In this document: positions 59,685-64,000 of the stretch, piece after piece
Numbering within the stretch: position 1 is the stretch's first letter
How the letters are laid out: every line of letters starts with the position of its first letter
Assembly (NCBI GenBank): GCA_965204725.1
Contig: OZ242005.1
Location: 2,912,001-2,976,000 of the forward strand
Direction of reading: 5' to 3'
DNA length: 64,000 bases
From: Candidatus Latescibacterota bacterium
Lineage (GTDB): Bacteria > Latescibacterota > UBA2968 > UBA8231
Notes under the pieces: model-generated
Seen by the model: only the letters and a program-made list of their open reading frames with translations
Told to the model about the DNA's origin: nothing
Database searches by the model: none
Translations under genes and position numbers: made by a program

Positions 59685-60926
59685 TCACAGCGAGTCAAAA
59701 TACGCCACCACGTCCGTATGACCCCGACGCGCCGCCAAGGCCCGAGCCGTCTCGCCGCCGTTGTCCGTAGCCGTGACGCTCGCCCCCTGACCCACCAAAT
59801 ACTTGACCACCGCCAAACGACCCCAAAACGCCGCAGTGTGCAGTACCGTCCTGCCCCGTTGATCCCTAGTCGTGAAGCTCACCCCTTGACTCACCAGATA
59901 CTTGACCACCGCCAAACGACCCCCCAGTGCCGCAATGGCCAGAGCCGTAGAGCCGATACTGCTCGTAGCCGTGGTGCTCGCTCCCGCACCCACGAGATAC
60001 TTCACTACCTCCAAATGACCACGGTACGACGCCTTATGCAGAGGCGTCCCGCCGCCGTCGTCCGTAGCATTCACATTCGCTCCCGCACCCACCAAATACT
60101 TGACCACCGCCAGTTGACCACCAAACGCCGCATAGTGCAGAGGCGTATGGTCGCTTGGGTCGGTAGCCTCAAGAGACATACCTGACTGTACGAATAGCTG
60201 GGCAATGTCTAATTCGCCCCTCTGAGCCGCCCTAAGAAAAACAACAACCGTATAGGTGATACCCCTCCGCTCCAATTCAGCCAGCGCTCGTTCGGACGAC
60301 TTCAAATAGTCCGCAATCGCCGTATTACCCACCGTCACCGCCACAGACCAAGCGGTCGTACGCTGGTCATAGCCCACCGCGAGCACATCCGCGCCCGACT
60401 CCACGAGAAAACGAACCACCGACAAGTTGTTCGCTATGCCCGCCGCATTCATCAACACCGTAAAGCCGTCCTCATCACGGGCCTCGAGATTCGCACCCGC
60501 TCCCACTAAGAACTGAACCACCGACAAATGACCACCATACGCCGCCTCATACAACGCCGTCCAACCTAATTCGTCATCCGCCTCCTCAAGAGACATACCC
60601 GCCGCCACAAACAACTTCACGGTCGCCAAATCCCCCGACTGAGCCGCCAAACGAAACGCCGCGCCCGTATAGGCGATACCCTGCGAATCCAACTCCGCCT
60701 TCGCTTGTTCGGGCGTCAACGATTCGTCCGTAGCAACCTTCGCCGCCGACACCGACAAACCCGCACCCGCCACCGCCGATGCGCCATCCAGCGCGACGGG
60801 CTGGGCCGCTGTTGCGCTCTCGATCTCAGCCGACGGTGCGCCCGCAGGCCCCACAGGTTTCGGGTCCTTGCCACAACCGGCCACGATGACCGACAGACAT
60901 ACGAATACTCCGAATAATGCTTTCAA
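59685..60926 (-). CDS. Ankyrin-repeat lipoprotein
   Basis: Lipobox VAG-C; multiple GxTPLHxAA..G.L.VVKYLV..GA repeats; AAGGAG RBS before a TTG start. Confidence 0.95.
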   Translation of the reverse strand: MKALFGVFVCLSVIVAGCGKDPKPVGPAGAPSAEIESATAAQPVALDGASAVAGAGLSVSAAKVATDESLTPEQAKAELDSQGIAYTGAAFRLAAQSGDLATVKLFVAAGMSLEEADDELGWTALYEAAYGGHLSVVQFLVGAGANLEARDEDGFTVLMNAAGIANNLSVVRFLVESGADVLAVGYDQRTTAWSVAVTVGNTAIADYLKSSERALAELERRGITYTVVVFLRAAQRGELDIAQLFVQSGMSLEATDPSDHTPLHYAAFGGQLAVVKYLVGAGANVNATDDGGGTPLHKASYRGHLEVVKYLVGAGASTTATSSIGSTALAIAALGGRLAVVKYLVSQGVSFTTRDQRGRTVLHTAAFWGRLAVVKYLVGQGASVTATDNGGETARALAARRGHTDVVAYFDSL

Positions 60927-60998
60927 TTAGATGCTCTCCTTGAGAGTATGGTGAAAGGTAAAACGACTACGCGCCTATTGAAAACCAACAGCCCAATA

Positions 60999-61027
60999 CG
61001 GGTCATCCCCGCGGGCGCGGGGAACTG
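60999..61027 (-). CRISPR. Solitary type I-E CRISPR repeat unit (no array, no cas genes)
   Basis: Minus strand CAGTTCCCCGCGCCCGCGGGGATGACCCG, 25/29 identical to the E. coli I-E repeat GAGTTCCCCGCGCCAGCGGGGATAAACCG; 7-bp stem intact. Confidence 0.8.
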
Positions 61028-61198
61028 AGGCGCGCCTTCATTAAGCTATGCCCCCCGGCAGATAGCGTCAATCCCTACCGCGAACACGAACACTCAGCCC
61101 TGCATGTCCAATTCGCCGCGGTAAAACGGCCCGCCAACGACTCGCATACCGAGCGCGGCCACAACCCGCGCACCCCCCCTCAACCCGTGACCGCGGCC

Positions 61199-61295
61199 CC
61201 TAGTCGAGCACCCCCATCCAGCCGCCTAGTCGAGCACCCGCGTACCGAATTTTCGCCCGATTCGCACAAAAGCCACAATTCGCACAAAAGCCACC
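61199..61295. repeat. Iteron-like repeats
   Basis: CCTAGTCGAGCACCC x2 (61199, 61225) and ATTCGCACAAAAGCCAC x2 (61260, 61278). Confidence 0.85.
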
Positions 61296-61312
61296 AAGCC
61301 TACCCATCAAAT

Positions 61313-61495
61313 CTAGTCGCTGGGATCGAAGTCCGTATCCGGCACATTCGACACAAAACCAATCGACTCCGGCCCCTCGCCCGGCTCCACGTCCCCACCA
61401 ACCAGAGACTCCAACCGATCTATGCGAGCCTCCAACCGTTCCACCGCCGCCCGTAAACCACGAACCTCAGCCAACAACTCATCATACTCAGACAT
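61313..61495 (-). CDS. Small coiled-coil hypothetical protein
   Basis: MSEYDELLAEVRGLRAAVERLEARIDRLESL; G-rich RBS. Confidence 0.55.
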   Translation of the reverse strand: MSEYDELLAEVRGLRAAVERLEARIDRLESLVGGDVEPGEGPESIGFVSNVPDTDFDPSD

Positions 61496-61604
61496 CACAC
61501 CCCCCTTAGAAATGAGTGAACAAAAAAACCAGTCCGCCGCGACACCCAAGACACCTAACCAGTCCAACCCAGCCGTCCGCGCAAGCGACAGCAAGAGAGA
61601 TAGC

Positions 61605-62069
61605 CTACCCGCCCTGCGACTCCAAGTACTCCACTACCGCCGTATGACCCCCCTCTTGGGCGAAGTCTTTGGCTGTCCAGCAGTAGTCGTAGGTGGCCCC
61701 TACGCGGGCCCCGATACCCACCAGAACCTGCAAAAACGTATTGCTACTGTCGACCTTAGCGTTTATATCCGCACCCTGCTCTACTAAAAAACGAACTACC
61801 GACAAATGACCACCATACGCCGCCTCGTGCAAAGTCGTAAAGCCGAGGATGCCCTCGGTGTCAACCGACATGCCCGCCCGCACAAACAGTTTGACAACCA
61901 CCAAGTCACCACTCGCAGCCGCATTATTAAAAGACATAGCCGTATAGTCGATACCCAGATCCGCCAACGCAAAACGTGCCTCCGCCGGCGTCAGACGCTC
62001 GTCCTTGTCCCCCTCATCCCCGCCACACCCCAACGACAAGCCAAACAAGACCAAGACCAAACAACGCAT
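61605..62069 (-). CDS. Short ankyrin-repeat lipoprotein
   Basis: Lipobox SLG-C; TLHEAAYGGHLSVVRFLVEQGADIN; paralog of 59685-60926. Confidence 0.9.
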   Translation of the reverse strand: MRCLVLVLFGLSLGCGGDEGDKDERLTPAEARFALADLGIDYTAMSFNNAAASGDLVVVKLFVRAGMSVDTEGILGFTTLHEAAYGGHLSVVRFLVEQGADINAKVDSSNTFLQVLVGIGARVGATYDYCWTAKDFAQEGGHTAVVEYLESQGG

Positions 62070-62163
62070 AGAAAATCTCCCCGGGTATGAAGTGATCAGT
62101 GAATTATTGCCACAAAACGCACCATTCGCACCCGAACCGCCGTAACCCCTCTATTCAAAGTTC

Positions 62164-62445
62164 TTAATCAACCGTCTCGTGCTTGACCGCCCACGCCAAC
62201 GCGACAACCCAACCTATAAAAGTCCAACCCAAGAAGATGTTGAGCACTAAGATCGAACCAAAATTCTTCTTCTTGCGCCCGACTATGCTCGGCAAGAAAT
62301 AAAGCACAATACTGAACATAAACCCCAACAACGTTAATATCGCTACGACACCCTCCATCGCCGGATCGCCCGCCATCGAATCATAACTGGCCGAAGCCGA
62401 CCCCAGCACCGCGGCAACCAAGACCAACAGCAACCAACGCATCAT
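62164..62445 (-). CDS. Superinfection immunity protein (T4 Imm-like)
   Basis: LYFLPSIV...ILVLNIFLGWTFIGWVVALAWA; GGAGG RBS. Confidence 0.9.
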   Translation of the reverse strand: MMRWLLLVLVAAVLGSASASYDSMAGDPAMEGVVAILTLLGFMFSIVLYFLPSIVGRKKKNFGSILVLNIFLGWTFIGWVVALAWAVKHETVD

Positions 62446-62476
62446 CAACCTCCGTGAAAGATTTATAAGCCTTTGG

Positions 62477-62528
62477 CGCACAAAATGCACAAAACGCACA
62501 AAACGCACAAAACGCACAAAACGCACAA
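62477..62528. repeat. 9-bp tandem repeat (CGCACAAAA), about 6 copies
   Basis: Seen directly, just upstream of the imm gene. Confidence 0.95.
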
Positions 62529-62653
62529 TCAGGGCCGCTGAAAGATCACGCGCCAACCCCGATTGCGGCCCCCCATCGACCGCGGCCGCACTCAACGATT
62601 ACTGGATCAGAGACCAGACCGCCCACCCCAACGCCGCGCATCACCCCGCCCCC

Positions 62654-63010
62654 TCAGCCCAACGCAACAGCAACGCATGACGCGCCGCCCGCGGACCCGC
62701 CCGCACTATGCAGTTTCCTTGCCACGTGCCAATAACTCGCCATCACTCGGCCCCCGGCATAGGACAGCTCGCTTAATCCGTCGGGCGATTGCTCCAGCAT
62801 ATCCATCAGCACCTCCGTCAAAAGCACCTCGTGCAAATGCCAATGCACACCGTCCGAATCTTTGAACCGCTGAAGATACTTGCGCGGCGGCATATCGTCT
62901 GCCGTCAAGCCCGGTAAAGGCGTCACCGGCCGCTCGCGCTTCAAAGCCCCCCAAAACCGCGCTTTGCGGTCGAGATGGGCGATGGCCTTATCCAAACGCG
63001 GCGTTTTCAT
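62654..63010 (-). CDS. Hypothetical protein of the island
   Basis: MKTPRLDKAIAHLDRKARFWG...; ~118 aa. Confidence 0.5.
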   Translation of the reverse strand: MKTPRLDKAIAHLDRKARFWGALKRERPVTPLPGLTADDMPPRKYLQRFKDSDGVHWHLHEVLLTEVLMDMLEQSPDGLSELSYAGGRVMASYWHVARKLHSAGGSAGGASCVAVALG

Positions 63011-63096
63011 ACGAAGCCCCGCGAAATCGGCTCCAGACGTATTTGACGGCCATGAAAACCAGCCCCCACGCCGTGAAAATGAAGGGCGAGTGTCGC

Positions 63097-64000
63097 CTAC
63101 GGCACCTCCTGCCGCACGGCGGTCATGTCCCCGAACGGATCCGGCTCCCGCAACCGGGCGCGAGCCTCCTCGTCGCCCTTGAGATACCAGTCGAACCACG
63201 CCCGCGCATACCAGTCGCGGATTACGTGGGGCAAATACACTTCGCCAGCATCGCCGACCATGTCCCAGCCCAACTGAGTGTAAGGCGTCCCGGGTGCTCC
63301 CGGCGGCCCCAAGGCGCGCTCGCCCGTGGGCTTGCGGATGCGCTCCGGGGTTTGGCCAAAGGGCAATTCGCCGCGCTGGAATTTCGGCCACGGGAAGAGC
63401 CGCGCAAAGTCCTCGGCCAAGGTGAAGTGATCCGTGTCGCGCACAATCGCCAGTACGCGGTCCGAGGTGGCGCGCCGCCAAGCACTCAACGCTACGGGCT
63501 GGGGATTCTCCATGCGTTCGGGCACAGCGCGTTCCGGGGCCAAGGGGAATGCCTCAGCCGGGTCGCCCCCGGCCCGCGCCACGGCCACCTGAAACAGGCT
63601 GACGAACACGTTTTGCACAAAATCGTCCTCGTCGCCGATCAGCAGCAACAGGGGCTTGCGGCTGCCCACCGGCAGGCCCTCCTCGGTTTTGCCCGCGCCG
63701 TACATCTCCTCGGGCGTCCACGCGAAGGGCGGAGCGTTGTTCAGGCCCATGGCCGCGCGGATGCCGGGCAGGTGGTTGGCCGCCAACTGCGCCGTCATCG
63801 ATCCGAGCGAGTGCCCGGCAAGGCCGACGCGCTCGCCGTCGAGGCGTCCGTTGAGCAGCCCGCACAGATCACGAGCGGCACTGGTGGCTCCCATCGAGGC
63901 GAGCCCAGTCCGGCAGGTGGCTTCGCCCGCGCCGAGCAGGCGCACGGTGTGTAGCACCAGCCCCACATCAGACACGCGCTGGCGAAACAGGTTGCGCATC
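63097..64000 (-). CDS. Alpha/beta hydrolase, runs off the right edge
   Basis: VGLAGHSLG nucleophile elbow, LLLIGDED, TDHF. Confidence 0.85.
   Translation of the reverse strand, partial: MRNLFRQRVSDVGLVLHTVRLLGAGEATCRTGLASMGATSAARDLCGLLNGRLDGERVGLAGHSLGSMTAQLAANHLPGIRAAMGLNNAPPFAWTPEEMYGAGKTEEGLPVGSRKPLLLLIGDEDDFVQNVFVSLFQVAVARAGGDPAEAFPLAPERAVPERMENPQPVALSAWRRATSDRVLAIVRDTDHFTLAEDFARLFPWPKFQRGELPFGQTPERIRKPTGERALGPPGAPGTPYTQLGWDMVGDAGEVYLPHVIRDWYARAWFDWYLKGDEEARARLREPDPFGDMTAVRQEVP

Larger units (their letters stand above)
59092..63015 (-). mobile_element. Phage/satellite-derived cargo island
   Basis: Abrupt C+A-rich + strand; ankyrin and Imm genes; motifs shared with the 37.5-46.6 kb element; edges estimated from composition. 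Confidence 0.7.

Noticed and set aside
59685-62069. Similar ankyrin segments as a DGR template/variable repeat pair
   Set aside because: No reverse transcriptase in the window, and the differences are not adenine-specific.

Overview
GC-rich bacterial chromosome segment. The gene content (secreted protein with a C-terminal SWG motif, PhyH-HEAT fusion, many TA modules, ankyrin and LRR lipoproteins) suggests a sponge-symbiont-type Latescibacterota/Gemmatimonadota/Poribacteria-like organism; this is inference only. The core scaffold is a MacB-type ABC exporter, glcF, murB, HOT-type ADH, hisI, an NAD salvage operon (pncA-pncB-aminotransferase-nadE) and metabolic genes. Three accessory layers sit on it. 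(1) A ~25 kb defence island (10.4-35.9 kb) has one HsdR, two HsdM-HsdS fusions that differ mainly in TRD2, Fic, two HicBA pairs, a giant PIN protein, DUF5131, an SDH/ClpP protease, an AAA ATPase plus TOPRIM-like pair, HipA-HIRAN, NYN and a Dcm-ParB module. It appears to have grown by local tandem duplication followed by reciprocal collapse, leaving short 'ghosts' made of fused gene termini. (2) A ~9.1 kb satellite-like element (TerL-HNH-capsid-protease-portal, LRR lipoprotein, truncated Rep-like ORF; no tail or integrase gene recognised) replaces the middle of pncB. (3) A ~3.9 kb related island (same strand skew, shared 15-mer and GCACAA motifs) carries two ankyrin lipoproteins, an Imm-type superinfection protein and a solitary, intact type I-E CRISPR repeat (candidate RNA anti-CRISPR or regulatory crRNA mimic). 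Several frameshifts may be assembly errors. All calls are by eye; no database searches were run.
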